From Streptosporangiaceae bacterium (GTDB lineage: Bacteria > Actinomycetota > Actinomycetes > Streptosporangiales > Streptosporangiaceae): a stretch of 34,479 bases of DNA. A program made the position numbers and the translations under genes. Positions 1-9,660 of this stretch are shown here, one piece after another (position 1 is the first letter of the stretch; every line of letters begins with the position of its first letter). The DNA lies in contig JASHUI010000526.1 in the NCBI GenBank assembly GCA_030040095.1, positions 1 to 34,479 on the forward strand. Reading direction: 5' to 3'. A model generated the notes under the pieces. That model saw only the letters and a list, made by a program, of their open reading frames with translations, searched no databases and had not been told where the DNA came from.

Positions 1-234
1 GAGCGCGTACGCGACGCCGCCCGCGATCGCCGTCGCGGCAGCCAGCGCGACCATCGGGCGCCACCGCAGGAGCGGACGGACGGCGGCGGGGACCCGGTGA
101 CGGTGGTCCGGTCCTGCCCGCCCGGTGACCGCGGCCAGCAGGCGCGCCCGGCCCGCGACCAGCCGCGCCTGAGACGGGAACGGGACGCAGGCCCGGAAAT
201 CGGCTATCCATCTGGATTCATCGATTTTGTTCAT
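1..234 (-). CDS. Anti-sigma factor, N-terminal part (runs off the left edge of the window)
   Basis: The ATG at 234-232 directly abuts the TAG stop (237-235) of the ECF sigma gene. Hand translation gives MNKIDESRWIADFRACVPFPSQARLVAGRARLLAAVTGRAGPDHRHRVPAAVRPLLRWRPMVALAAATAIAGGVAYAL, ending in a membrane-helix-like hydrophobic stretch. This is the classic position immediately downstream of an ECF sigma. It is absent from the ORF track because it is truncated. Confidence 0.5.
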   Translation of the reverse strand, partial: MNKIDESRWIADFRACVPFPSQARLVAGRARLLAAVTGRAGPDHRHRVPAAVRPLLRWRPMVALAAATAIAGGVAYAL

Positions 235-858
235 CTACAGAGGCACCTCGTGACGAGAAGTCGGGTCGTTGCCGCCCAGCGCGGCCCGGACCCTGATCCG
301 GGCCCGGTTCAGCCGGGACCGGACCGTCCCGACCGGAATGCCGAGCGCGGTGGCGACCTCGGCGTACGAGAGGTCCGCCCAGGCGATCAAGAGCAGGACC
401 TCGCGGTCGCCCTTGGCGAGGGTGGCCAGAGCCCGGGCCAGGTCGCGCGTCGCGATCGCGGAGTCCACGCGGCTCGAGGCGTCCTCGAACGTCGCCTGCT
501 GGGTAAGGACCGGGTCGGCGCCGGTGCGGGCATAGGCGCGCAGCATGCGGACCTCCGATCGCGTGTGCTTGCCGATCAGGTTCGCCGCGATGCCATACAG
601 CCAGGGCCGGGCGTCCGACGAGGCCCTCGGGTCGAAGCGGGCTCTGTTCCCGAACGCGGCGAGGAAGGTGTCGGCGACGATGTCGTCGGCGACACCTTCG
701 CCAAGGCGCCGGGCGACATACCGGTGCAGCGGGGCTGCGTGGCGGTCGTAGAGGATCGCGAACGCCTGGGGGTCGCTCGCGGACCACTCGATGATCGCGG
801 CGTCGTCGGGTGGCGCCGCACTGGGTGCCTGCTCGGGGCAAGCTGAGGGCTCTGGCAT
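235..858 (-). CDS. ECF-type RNA polymerase sigma-70 family factor
   Basis: 207 aa. Region-2-like segment: FAILYDRHAAPLHRYVARRLGEGVADDIVADTFLAAF...RPWLYGIAANL. Region-4 HTH: REVLLLIAWADLSYAEVATALGIPVGTVRSRLNRAR. Confidence 0.9.
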   Translation of the reverse strand: MPEPSACPEQAPSAAPPDDAAIIEWSASDPQAFAILYDRHAAPLHRYVARRLGEGVADDIVADTFLAAFGNRARFDPRASSDARPWLYGIAANLIGKHTRSEVRMLRAYARTGADPVLTQQATFEDASSRVDSAIATRDLARALATLAKGDREVLLLIAWADLSYAEVATALGIPVGTVRSRLNRARIRVRAALGGNDPTSRHEVPL

Positions 859-955
859 GCGCGGCTCCGCGGCTGGGTGACTACCGTCAACTCCTTATCA
901 CCCGATCACCGCGCGAGGGTTCGCCGAGAACGACCCGATCCCGGCCGCGTGGCGT

Positions 956-1552
956 TCACGGCCGCGGGCGCGGCCCGCCGGTGCCGCCGGGTCCTCGCGG
1001 CGCGATGACCGGCTGCGCGATCAGGTCGTCGGTGACCTGCGGGCCGGGGGCCGACGACGGGCTGACCATCTCGGCGGCCAGGTGCTGGAGGAGGCCGCGG
1101 ATCGTGGCCGCCGCCAGGTGGCCCATGACCGCACGGTCGAGGGCGGCGCCCACCCGGCCCAGCGGCGGCCGGTAGACCCCCGAGCACGCCAGCGTGCACG
1201 TCCGAGGCGAGGCGGGCGACAAGACCAGGTCGGCGTCCAGGACCGGGAACAGGGCCGCGGCATCGCCGGCCGCCTCCCACCGGAAGCCGACGCTCATGCC
1301 CCGCCGCGACCAGGCCGGATCGAGGAACCGGACCCGGACAAGCTTCGCCAGGCCGTGCACGTCGCCGAACGGGCCGACCCGCAGCACCGCCTCGGTGCCA
1401 TCCCGGTATGCCCGGTGCGACGCCCCGGCCAGGCCGCCGCCCCTGGTCAGGTTCACCAGGCGGACGGCGGCCGTGTCCAGCGGGAGGCGGACGCGGACTT
1501 GCTCGGCGAAGAACACGCTCAGATCGTCAGGCTCGGGCGCCGCGGTCCGCAC
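956..1552 (-). CDS. Hypothetical protein (no family recognised)
   Basis: 198-aa ORF with balanced, protein-like composition, unlike the Arg/Pro-rich overlapping frames. It is co-directional with the downstream-upstream neighbours. No motif I can name. Confidence 0.45.
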   Translation of the reverse strand: MRTAAPEPDDLSVFFAEQVRVRLPLDTAAVRLVNLTRGGGLAGASHRAYRDGTEAVLRVGPFGDVHGLAKLVRVRFLDPAWSRRGMSVGFRWEAAGDAAALFPVLDADLVLSPASPRTCTLACSGVYRPPLGRVGAALDRAVMGHLAAATIRGLLQHLAAEMVSPSSAPGPQVTDDLIAQPVIAPRGPGGTGGPRPRP

Positions 1553-1623
1553 GGGCCGAAGGTCCCCTTGCCCGCCCGCAGAAGTCCTCGGGCAGCGTGC
1601 GGCACTGGCGGCGCAAGACCCGG

Positions 1624-3111
1624 TTACGGGTCGTCGATGGGCCAGGTATGCACGGGCAGGCCGGTGTCCGAGTGCCCGATGTAGCTGTGCAGCATCGCGG
1701 CCAGCGCTGCTGGCCGGTCCAGCCGCTGCTCGGCGCGGGCCAGCGTCGCGCGCTGCCAGGCCGCGCCGGTCTGGCCTGAGGCCGCCCGTGCGGCGATGAC
1801 GCCCAGGAACAGGTCCGCCTCGCCGGCCGCCACGCCGGCCTGGAGCAGGCCCTGCCTGGCCACGGGGACCAGTTCGCCGACGAGTTCGGCGGCGGGAACC
1901 GTCCTTGTCTGATCCCGGCGGTCCGCCGGCCAGGTCAGCTCGGCCGACAGTCCCTGCTCGGCAGCACGGTAAAAGCCGTAGTCCGCGCGCTCGAACGGCA
2001 GCGCATACGTCCAGTGCGGATCCTGCTCAGCGAGCCCGAGCGACAAACCGATCAAGAACGCGGCGTTGGCCTGCATGTCGATCACCGTGGGGCCGGCGGG
2101 CAGTGCCCGCATCTCGATCCGCAGGTGCCCGCCCCACGACGGGTCGTAGATGACCCGGTTCCAGCGCCAGACGGTGCCCTGGTGCAGCCTGAGCTCGGCC
2201 AGCGGCGGCGGCTGCCACTGCCCGTCCGGCGGCACTGGCGCCGGGTCGCTCAGCACGGGCAGCAGCGGCTGATACAGCCGGACGCTCTCGGTGAACAAGG
2301 CGAGCGCGCCGCCACGCACCCAGCCCGTGCCCAGCGCCGTGCGCGACGGCCGACGGCGCGGTCCCTGGCCGCCGCGATCGTCCACGGCCTGCTTGTAGAG
2401 CGCGATCCTGGTCTCTTCCCACAGCCGCCGGCCGAGAAAGGTCGGCGAGTTGCCGGAGACGGCCAGGACAGGGCCCGTGGCGAGCTGGACCGCGTTGTAG
2501 ACGCGGTTGAAGTCGGCCGGGGCCACCCGAAGGTGCACCTGGAAGGAGGTGTTGGCCCCCTCGATGAAGACGTCGTCGCTCACCAGGTCGAGCCGGTCGG
2601 CACCGACAATGAGGATGCGGACCTTGTCGCGCCGCGACCGTCGCAGGCCGCTGTTCAGCGCACGGTAACGCGGCGTGTCGGTCATCGCGCCGCGGCCGAT
2701 GTCGTCCGCGGTCAGGGTAGGCAAGATCCCGATCAGGACAGGCCGTCCCTGGTAGCCGCTGGCCACGCCGGCCACCCGCTCGATCAGCAGGCTCAGCTCG
2801 TCCCCGAGCGCGGTGAACGGCCGGCCGGCCAGCGCCGTCGGCGTGGCGTTGAGTTCCAGGTTGTAGCGGTTCAGCTCGAGGGTGACCCGCGGGTCGGCCG
2901 TCGCCGCGCGGATCGCCTGATTGCGCGGCAGCGGCCTGCCCGCGCCGTCGATGAGGAACAGCTCGAGCTCGGCGCCCACCGTCGCCGGGCCCGCGCCGAA
3001 CCCGGGTCGCTCCAGCAGGTTCCCGAGCGCTGACAGCGCTTCCTCGAGGCGGTCACGAAACCGCGCGTAATCGTCGTCGCCGAAGGCGTCCCGGCGGAGC
3101 TCTTTCCCCAT
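1624..3111 (-). CDS. Glutamate-cysteine ligase family 2 (GCS2) carboxylate-amine ligase
   Basis: The translation from MGKELRRDAFGDDDYARFRDRLEEAL...VGAELELFLID...ELNRYNLELN...NTSFQVHLRV...LRIEMRALPAGPT matches the GCS2/YbdK-like pattern. The start is placed at the ATG at 3111, which has GAGG 5 nt upstream, because the longer ORF (to 3195) would overlap the PPOX gene end. Confidence 0.85.
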   Translation of the reverse strand: MGKELRRDAFGDDDYARFRDRLEEALSALGNLLERPGFGAGPATVGAELELFLIDGAGRPLPRNQAIRAATADPRVTLELNRYNLELNATPTALAGRPFTALGDELSLLIERVAGVASGYQGRPVLIGILPTLTADDIGRGAMTDTPRYRALNSGLRRSRRDKVRILIVGADRLDLVSDDVFIEGANTSFQVHLRVAPADFNRVYNAVQLATGPVLAVSGNSPTFLGRRLWEETRIALYKQAVDDRGGQGPRRRPSRTALGTGWVRGGALALFTESVRLYQPLLPVLSDPAPVPPDGQWQPPPLAELRLHQGTVWRWNRVIYDPSWGGHLRIEMRALPAGPTVIDMQANAAFLIGLSLGLAEQDPHWTYALPFERADYGFYRAAEQGLSAELTWPADRRDQTRTVPAAELVGELVPVARQGLLQAGVAAGEADLFLGVIAARAASGQTGAAWQRATLARAEQRLDRPAALAAMLHSYIGHSDTGLPVHTWPIDDP

Positions 3112-3124
3112 ACCTGCCTCGCCG

Positions 3125-3604
3125 TCACAGATCGTGAGCTGAGCCGCGTGGCGGTTCCCGTCCGCTCCCTCCGCCGCAGCCGCGGCCGGGCGCACCGATT
3201 CGCCGACCGCTCAGCGTCGCAGGCAGGATGCGCACGTAATGGTCCTTGGCTCCGGGCGCCCATGGCTCGAGCGCAAGCTCGCGGAGTCTGGCCAGCTCGA
3301 ACGGATCGGTAACTTCGATGGCCTCCCCCCGGATCAGCACGCTCCAGCCGGTGCGAGTGGCGGCATCGGCGCGATCAACCTCGAACGCCACCAGGCCACC
3401 GCCGCCAGCCATGTCGAGTTTGGCTCCCTCATCGGTGCGGATAACCACCATGTGACGATCGACCACGAAGTTGACCGGAACCACGATCGGCCCGCGCTCA
3501 TCGACGAAAGCAAGGCGGCCCACGGACTCGCCCGCCAGCAACTCAAAGCACTCTGACCTGGTCAGCTGCTGCCAGCCGACTCCGAGCCCGGGTGATTCAC
3601 CCAT
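3125..3604 (-). CDS. Pyridoxamine 5'-phosphate oxidase (PPOX) family, F420/FMN-binding split-barrel protein
   Basis: Sequence ...LTRSECFELLAGESVGRLAFVDERGPIVVPVNFVVDRHMVVIRTDEGAKL...WSVLIRGEAIEV is the typical PPOX class signature. The tracked ORF starts at a TTG (3637); the ATG at 3604 is preferred but the start is uncertain. Confidence 0.8.
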   Translation of the reverse strand: MGESPGLGVGWQQLTRSECFELLAGESVGRLAFVDERGPIVVPVNFVVDRHMVVIRTDEGAKLDMAGGGGLVAFEVDRADAATRTGWSVLIRGEAIEVTDPFELARLRELALEPWAPGAKDHYVRILPATLSGRRIGAPGRGCGGGSGREPPRGSAHDL

Positions 3605-3726
3605 AACCGATACTGACACGTCCGTCCCCGCTGGCAACAGGCGGACAGCACGTCGCGGCGCGCGTAAGCTTCATGCCCGGCAGCGACCCCGGCGCCTTCC
3701 GGCTGCGCCGGTACGAGGGAGCGCAC

Positions 3727-4602
3727 GTGCGGCACGGTGTCGTGTTGTTCTCCAGCGATCGCGGCATCACGCCGGCGCAGGCGGCGCGGGCGGCGGAGGC
3801 GGCTGGTTTCGATTGCTTCTATGTGCCCGAGCACACCCATATCCCGGTCCGGCGCGACTCGCCGCACCCGCGCACCGGGACCGGGGAGCTGCCGGACGAC
3901 AGGTACCTGCGAACGCTGGACCCGTGGGTGGCGCTGAGCATGGCCGCCGCGGTCACGAGCACGATCAGGCTCGGCACGGCGGTCGCCCTGCCGGCCGAGC
4001 ACGACCCGATCACGCTGGCCAAGACCATCGCCTCGCTCGACCACCTGTCGGGCGGCCGGGTGGAGCTCGGCGTGGGCTTCGGCTGGAACGCCGACGAGCT
4101 CGCTGACCACGGCGTGCCGCCTGGGAAGCGGCGGGCGGTGCTGCGCGAGTACCTGGCGGCCATGCAGGCCCTGTGGTCGCAGGAGGAGGCCAGCTACCAG
4201 GGCGAGTTCGTCAGCTTCGCCGCCTGCTGGGCGTGGCCCAAGCCGGTGCAGCAGCCGCGGGTGCCGGTCCTGGCCGGGGCAGGCGGCACCAGCCAGACCT
4301 TCGGCTGGATCGCCAGGTGCGCCGACGGCTGGATGACGACGCCGGGCGAGACCGGCCTGGACGGCAAGATCGCGATGCTGCGCCGGGCCTGGCGCGAGGC
4401 CGGCCGCGACGGCCAGCCCCGGGTCACCGCGCTGGCCGGCAAGCCGGACCCGGACATGCTGACGCACTGGGCGCGGATCGGGGTGACCGACGTCGCGTTC
4501 GGCATGCCGGACCGCTCGCCGGACGAGGTCGTCGGCTACCTCGGCCGGCTGGCCGACAGGCTGGGCCTGGCCGGGGAGGACGCCGGCCCGGGCCCCCCGT
4601 GA
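3727..4602 (+). CDS. LLM-class (luciferase-like) F420-dependent oxidoreductase
   Basis: Sequence VRHGVVLFSSDRGITPAQAARAAEAAGFDCFYVPEHTHIP...IRLGTAVALPAEHDPITLAKTIASLDHLSGGRVELGVGFGWN is the typical LLM pattern. The GTG at 3727 has GAGGGAG 5 nt upstream. The tracked ORF begins at 3673, so the start is uncertain. Confidence 0.85.
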   Translation: MRHGVVLFSSDRGITPAQAARAAEAAGFDCFYVPEHTHIPVRRDSPHPRTGTGELPDDRYLRTLDPWVALSMAAAVTSTIRLGTAVALPAEHDPITLAKTIASLDHLSGGRVELGVGFGWNADELADHGVPPGKRRAVLREYLAAMQALWSQEEASYQGEFVSFAACWAWPKPVQQPRVPVLAGAGGTSQTFGWIARCADGWMTTPGETGLDGKIAMLRRAWREAGRDGQPRVTALAGKPDPDMLTHWARIGVTDVAFGMPDRSPDEVVGYLGRLADRLGLAGEDAGPGPP

Positions 4603-4609
4603 GGAGGCG

Positions 4610-5092
4610 CTACTGGAGCCCGGCGCGGACGGACGTGATGCGCTGGGTGTTGAAGCCGAGCCAGTGCATCCGGCCCGCGTAGCGCGCGTGCTCGACCTTG
4701 AGACAGCGATCCATGATCACCGTCATGCCGCCCTCCTCAGCGATCCTGGCGCCCTCGTCGTTGATCACGCCGAACTGGCACCAGAGGGTGCCGGCCCGGA
4801 TCTTCACCGCGTCCCGCGCGATACCCGGCAGCGCGTCCGGCGCGCGGAAGACGTCCACGACATCCACCGGCACGGGCACGTCGAGCAGGCTCGGGAAGCA
4901 CCTCTGCCCGAGGATCTCGCTCTCGCGGGGATTCACGGGGATGACGCGGTAGCCGTGCCGCCTGAGGTAGTAGCCGACGAAGTGGCTGGCCCGCAGCTCG
5001 TTGCCGGACAAGCCGACGACCGCGATCGTGCTGGAGGCGTGGAGCACGCGCTGGATCGTCAACGGGTCCTGGTACCGGCCGAGATCGGTCAT
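4610..5092 (-). CDS. CoA-binding domain protein (YccU/YneT-like)
   Basis: Sequence IAVVGLSGNELRASHFVGYYLRRHGYRVIPVNPRESEILGQRCFPSL...VDVVDVFR fits the family. Its start overlaps the metY stop as ATGA (5092-5089), indicating translational coupling in the met operon. Confidence 0.85.
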   Translation of the reverse strand: MTDLGRYQDPLTIQRVLHASSTIAVVGLSGNELRASHFVGYYLRRHGYRVIPVNPRESEILGQRCFPSLLDVPVPVDVVDVFRAPDALPGIARDAVKIRAGTLWCQFGVINDEGARIAEEGGMTVIMDRCLKVEHARYAGRMHWLGFNTQRITSVRAGLQ

Positions 5093-6426
5093 GTCGTCGT
5101 TACCTCGTCTCCCGCTGTGACGGCGACGAGCGCGAAACCCTGCTCCAGATCCCAGATCAGGTCGTCGACGGATTCGGTGCCCACGGACAGCCGCACGGTT
5201 CCCGGTCCGACGCCGGCCGCCCGCAGCTCGGCGTCGCTGAGCTGCCGGTGCGTCGTGCTGGCCGGGTGGATGATCAGGCTCTTCGCATCCCCGACGTTCG
5301 CCAGGTGGGACCAGAGGGTGACGCCGCGGATGAGGTCCTGCCCGCCGGCCCGCCCTCCGGCGCAGTCGAACGAGAACACCGCGCCGGCACCGCGCGGCAG
5401 GTACTTCTCCGCGAGCGGCCGGTACCTGCTCGACGGCAGGCCCGGGTAGGTCACGTTCGACGCCAGCTCGTGCGACTCCAGGAAGGCCGCGACCGCAAGC
5501 GCGTTGTGGACGTGGCGTTCCATCCGCAGCGACAGCGTCTCCAGCCCCTGCAGGAACAGGAACGCGTTCAGCGGCGCGAGCGCCGCGCCCAGGTCGCGGA
5601 GGGTCTCGGCCCGCAGCTTCATCAGATAGCCGTAGGTACCGAACGTCTCGTGGAACTGCAGGCCGTGGTAGGCCGGCGACGGGTCAGCGACCGCCGGAAA
5701 CCGGCCGTTGGACCAGTTGAACGTGCCGGCCTCGACCACGACGCCGCCGATGCTGGTGCCGTGGCCGCCGATGAACTTGGTCGCCGAGTGGACCACGATG
5801 CCGGCGCCCCATTCGATCGGGCGGCACAGGTACGGCGTCGCGAACGTGTTGTCCACGATCAGTGGCAGCTCGTGCTCGTGCGCGAGCGACGCGAGCGCCT
5901 CGATGTCGAGCACATTCCCGCCCGGGTTGCCGATCGTCTCGGCGAAGAACGCCTTCGTGTTGGCGCGGACCGCCCGCCGCCAAGCGTCCGGGTCGTCCGG
6001 ATCGACCCACGTCAGCTCCACGCTCATCTTGCGCAGCAGGTGCTTGAACTGGTTCACCGTCCCGCCGTAGAGCGCCGACGACGAGACGACGTGGTCGCCG
6101 GGCTGCAGCAGCGTGAAGAGCGCGGCCGCCTGCGCCGCGATCCCGCTGGCGAACGCGACCGCGCCGCAGCCGCCCTCCAGGCTCGCCACTCGCTCCTCGA
6201 ACACCGCGACGGTCGGGTTCATGATGCGGGAGTAGGTGTTCCCGTACTCCTGCAGGTTGAAGTAGGCCGCCGCCGATTCCGGGTCCTCGAACACGTAGCT
6301 GGTCGTCTGGAAGATCGGGACTGCCCGTGCTCCCGTGTTCGGGTCGGGCCGCTGCCCGGCATGCAGTTGCCGGGTCTCGAATCCGAACGCCCGGACTTCC
6401 TCAGGACGCGGGTCCTTGTCGGTCAC
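5089..6426 (-). CDS. metY: O-acetylhomoserine aminocarboxypropyltransferase (sulfhydrylase), PLP-dependent
   Basis: 445 aa, with FETRQLHAGQ...NPTVAVFEERVASLEGG...VHSATKFIGGHGTSIGG (PLP-Lys context)...HPASTTHRQL, the textbook Cys/Met-metabolism PLP family. It sits adjacent to metX. Confidence 0.93.
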   Translation of the reverse strand: MTDKDPRPEEVRAFGFETRQLHAGQRPDPNTGARAVPIFQTTSYVFEDPESAAAYFNLQEYGNTYSRIMNPTVAVFEERVASLEGGCGAVAFASGIAAQAAALFTLLQPGDHVVSSSALYGGTVNQFKHLLRKMSVELTWVDPDDPDAWRRAVRANTKAFFAETIGNPGGNVLDIEALASLAHEHELPLIVDNTFATPYLCRPIEWGAGIVVHSATKFIGGHGTSIGGVVVEAGTFNWSNGRFPAVADPSPAYHGLQFHETFGTYGYLMKLRAETLRDLGAALAPLNAFLFLQGLETLSLRMERHVHNALAVAAFLESHELASNVTYPGLPSSRYRPLAEKYLPRGAGAVFSFDCAGGRAGGQDLIRGVTLWSHLANVGDAKSLIIHPASTTHRQLSDAELRAAGVGPGTVRLSVGTESVDDLIWDLEQGFALVAVTAGDEVTTT

Positions 6427-6445
6427 GAAGTGCCCCCCTTCGGCC

Positions 6446-7720
6446 TCACCGGCGGGCTCCGGCTTCGGCCAGGCTGTGCTTGCTCAAAAACCGGCGGATG
6501 ATGGGCGTCTGCCGCGCTTCCTCGAGCAGGAAGCAGTCGTGGCCGTACGGCGCGTCGATCACGTGGAACTCCACCGGCTTGCCGAGGGCGCGCAGCGCCT
6601 CCTCGATTTCCCGCGACGCAGCGGGCGGGTACAGCCAGTCGGAACTGAACGCGATCAGCAGTGTCCGCGCCGACACATCGTCCAGCGCGCGGACCAGCGA
6701 CCCGCTGCCGTACTGCCGGGCGAGATCGAAGTACGTCAGCGCGCGCGAGGTCAGGAGATAGGTGTTGGCATCGAAGCGCCGGACGAATGACTCGGCCTGG
6801 TGGCGCAGGTAGCTCTCGACCTGGAACTCCGGCTCGGTAATCGTGTAGCCGATGTCGTCGGCGAACTGCAGCCGCCGGCCGAACTTGTCGCTCAGCGCCA
6901 GGGCGGACAGGTACGTGACGTGTCCGACCATGCGGGCCACGCCCATGCCGGCGTCGGGCGTCCGGCCTGTTCCGTAGTAGCTGCCGCCCTGCCAGGCCGG
7001 GTCGCGCATGATCGCGTCACGGGCGATCGCGTTCCAGGCCACGCCCTGCGGGTGAAGCGCGTGGGTGCTGGCTATCGACACGACGGCATCGATCTGATCA
7101 GGAAACAGGACAGCCCACTCGAACGCCTGCATACCGCCCAGAGAGCCGCCGGCCACGGCGGCCAGCCGCTCGATCCCGAGCTCGGTCAGCAACGCGCGCT
7201 CGGTCCGCACCATGTCCGCGACAGTGATCACGGGGAAGTCCGGCCCGTAAGCCCGGCCGGTCGCCGGGTCGATGGAGGACGGCCCGGTCGTCCCCCGGCA
7301 GCCGCCGAGCAGGTTCGTGGAGACGACGAAAAAGCGGTCGGTGTCGAACGCCTTGCCTGGGCCGATCATCCCGTCCCACCAGCCGAGCCCCTTACCCGCC
7401 GCGCCGTCCCGGTCCTCGGCTCCGAACCCGTCGCGGGTGCTCTCGTCGGGGGGCGATGCCGCGATGCCCGCCGCATGGGCGTCGCCGCTGAGCGCATGGC
7501 ACACCAGGATGACGTTGTCACGCCGGGGTGAGAGATCGCCGTAGGTCTCGTACGCGACACGCACCGGGCGCAGTTCCCGCCCGCAGTCGAGTCGCACCGG
7601 CTCTGGCAGGTCCAGGTACTGGGTTTCGACAGTGCCGACCGAGCCAGCCACGCCGACCGAGCCAGCCGCGCCGGCCGAGCCGGAGGCGCCCGCCGCGAGC
7701 GTCGACGCTGGCTCCGCCAT
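6446..7720 (-). CDS. metX: Homoserine O-acetyltransferase
   Basis: Sequence ...LPEPVRLDCGRELRPVRVAYETYGDLSPRRDNVILVCHALSGDAH...GGSLGGMQAFEW...PYGHDCFLLE has the alpha/beta-hydrolase MetX pattern with a GxSxG nucleophile. The start is set at the ATG at 7720 (MAEPAST...). The tracked ORF extends 27 codons further through a non-protein-like stretch. Confidence 0.92.
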   Translation of the reverse strand: MAEPASTLAAGASGSAGAAGSVGVAGSVGTVETQYLDLPEPVRLDCGRELRPVRVAYETYGDLSPRRDNVILVCHALSGDAHAAGIAASPPDESTRDGFGAEDRDGAAGKGLGWWDGMIGPGKAFDTDRFFVVSTNLLGGCRGTTGPSSIDPATGRAYGPDFPVITVADMVRTERALLTELGIERLAAVAGGSLGGMQAFEWAVLFPDQIDAVVSIASTHALHPQGVAWNAIARDAIMRDPAWQGGSYYGTGRTPDAGMGVARMVGHVTYLSALALSDKFGRRLQFADDIGYTITEPEFQVESYLRHQAESFVRRFDANTYLLTSRALTYFDLARQYGSGSLVRALDDVSARTLLIAFSSDWLYPPAASREIEEALRALGKPVEFHVIDAPYGHDCFLLEEARQTPIIRRFLSKHSLAEAGARR

Positions 7721-7806
7721 GGGGGCTATGTTAGCTTGCCCTCGGTTGTGTATTGTCAAGCATCCCCATAGGCATTCTAGGGTGAGCGAGAGGGGAATCA
7801 CGGGAT

Positions 7807-8355
7807 ATGACTACAGTCACCAACGGCGTCAACGTTCAGGCGCTGCTCGACGCGCGCGACGCGCTGAAGGGGGCGCCGGAGGCCGCCCAGTTCACCTGGC
7901 GGGCATCCGCCAAGTGGAACCACGGCGTGCACAGCACGATCAAGGTCCAGAGCTTCTTCGGGCTGGGGCAGGAGCAGAGCCACAAGGAAGAGTCCACGTT
8001 CGACGCCGATCACCCAGAGGTTTTCGCGGCCGAGGACAGCGGCATCACGCCGATCGAGTACCTCATCGTCGGCCTGGCGAGCTGCCTGACCGCCGGTGTG
8101 GCGTCGGTGGCGGAGAATCGCGGGATCCAGCTGCACTCGGTCGAGGCGACGGTCGAAGGCCATCACGACATCCGGGGCATCCTGGGTGCCGACAGCGACG
8201 TCCGCAACGGTTACAACGACATCAAGGTGACGTTCACGATCGATGCGGATGCCTCCAGGCAGGAGATCGAAGCGCTGGTGGCGCAATCCCAGAAGCGCTC
8301 GGCGGTGTTCGACGCTCTCACCAACCCGACGGACGTCACCGTCGAGGTCGCCTGA
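7807..8355 (+). CDS. OsmC family peroxiredoxin/redox protein
   Basis: 182 aa with ...PIEYLIVGLASCLTAGVASVAENRGIQL...VTFTIDADASRQEIEALVAQSQKRSAVFDAL, which includes the conserved OsmC Cys context. Confidence 0.88.
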   Translation: MTTVTNGVNVQALLDARDALKGAPEAAQFTWRASAKWNHGVHSTIKVQSFFGLGQEQSHKEESTFDADHPEVFAAEDSGITPIEYLIVGLASCLTAGVASVAENRGIQLHSVEATVEGHHDIRGILGADSDVRNGYNDIKVTFTIDADASRQEIEALVAQSQKRSAVFDALTNPTDVTVEVA

Positions 8356-8367
8356 GAGGCTGACCCC

Positions 8368-9660
8368 GTGGAGCGTGCCAGCGCGGTCGTCATCGGCGCT
8401 GGCCATGCGGGCCTGGCCGCCAGCCATTTCCTCACCGAACTGTCGATCGATCACGTCGTGCTCGAGCGCGGCGAGGTGGCGAACTCCTGGCGCCGCGAAC
8501 GCTGGGACTCCCTGCGGCTGCTCACGCCCAACTGGCAGTGCCGGCTTCCGGGCCATCGCTACGAAGGCCCGGAGCCGGACGGCTACATGACGGCCGGGGA
8601 AGTGACCGAGTTCATCGAGCGCTTCGCCAAGGTGTCGAACTCGCCCGTCCGGACCGGCGAGAACGTCACGTCGGTGCGACGTGCCGGCGGCGGGTACCAG
8701 GTGACGACGAGCCTTGGCGAGATCCGCTGCCGGACCGTGGTCATCGCCAGCGGTGCGTGCAACGAGCCCGCGGTGCCGCGGTTCCGGGACGCCGTGCCAG
8801 CATCCGTCGGGCAGCTGACACCGTTCGGCTACCGCGAGCCCGCCAGGCTGCCCGACGGCGGCGTGCTCGTCGTGGGAGCGTCCGCGACCGGCGTGCAGCT
8901 CGCGGCCGAGCTGCGGCGGTCCGGGCGGCCGGTGACCCTCTCAGTCGGCGAGCACGTGCGGTTGCCGCGCACCTACCGCGGACGCGACGTGCTGTGGTGG
9001 ATGGACGCGTCTGGGGTGTGGGACCAGCGGCACGACGCGCTCGAGGACCTCGCCAGGGCCCGGCGGCTGCCGTCGCCGCAGCTGGTCGGGACTCCCGAGC
9101 GGGCCACGCTCGACCTGAACGCGCTCGCCTCGATGGGCGTGGAACTGGTGGGCCGCTGGGCAGCCGTGCGGGACGGACGGGCGCTGTTCTCCGGCGGCCT
9201 GCGCAACGCGCTGCGGCTCGCGGACCTGAAGATGGACCGGCTGCTGGGTACCTTCGACGAGTGGGCCGCGACGGACGGCCGCAGCGCCGAGGTCGATGCT
9301 CCCGAGCGATTCGACCCGACGCGCGTTCCTGAGTCCGCTCGGTTGCAGCTTGACCTGCGAAGCGGGGAGATCCGCACGGTCGTGTGGGCGACGGGTTTCC
9401 GGCCTGACTACAGCTGGCTGGAGGTGCCGGTGGTCGATGCGAAGGGCCAGCTTCGGCACGATGGCGGTGTGGTCGAGAGCCCGGGCCTCTACGCGCTAGG
9501 GCTGCCCGTCATGCGGCGGCGCAGGTCCACGTTCATCTGCGGTGTCGAGGACGATGCGCGTGAGGTCACCGGCCACCTCGCTCGCTACCTGGCCGGGCCA
9601 TCGCCGTGGCCGGCAGGCCCTCAGGGTCAGCCTCATCCTCGACGCGGCCCGCGGGGTTAA
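8368..9660 (+). CDS. FAD/NAD(P)-binding flavoprotein oxidoreductase (flavin-monooxygenase / CzcO-like)
   Basis: GTG start. First dinucleotide fold: AVVIGAGHAGLAASHFL. Second: VLVVGASATGVQLAAEL. The C-terminal ATGFRPDYSWL motif is typical of this family. Confidence 0.8.
   Translation: MERASAVVIGAGHAGLAASHFLTELSIDHVVLERGEVANSWRRERWDSLRLLTPNWQCRLPGHRYEGPEPDGYMTAGEVTEFIERFAKVSNSPVRTGENVTSVRRAGGGYQVTTSLGEIRCRTVVIASGACNEPAVPRFRDAVPASVGQLTPFGYREPARLPDGGVLVVGASATGVQLAAELRRSGRPVTLSVGEHVRLPRTYRGRDVLWWMDASGVWDQRHDALEDLARARRLPSPQLVGTPERATLDLNALASMGVELVGRWAAVRDGRALFSGGLRNALRLADLKMDRLLGTFDEWAATDGRSAEVDAPERFDPTRVPESARLQLDLRSGEIRTVVWATGFRPDYSWLEVPVVDAKGQLRHDGGVVESPGLYALGLPVMRRRRSTFICGVEDDAREVTGHLARYLAGPSPWPAGPQGQPHPRRGPRG

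Noticed and set aside
7721-7806. SAM-responsive riboswitch or long leader upstream of metX, as often seen in actinomycete met genes
   Set aside because: Only 86 bp separate metX from divergent osmC, and I see no conserved riboswitch-like helices. On the metX strand there is a TTGACA (7759-7754) and a TAACAT (7733-7728), then 7 nt before the ATG with no SD. This points instead to a short or leaderless transcript, although the 20-nt spacer is too long for a confident promoter call.
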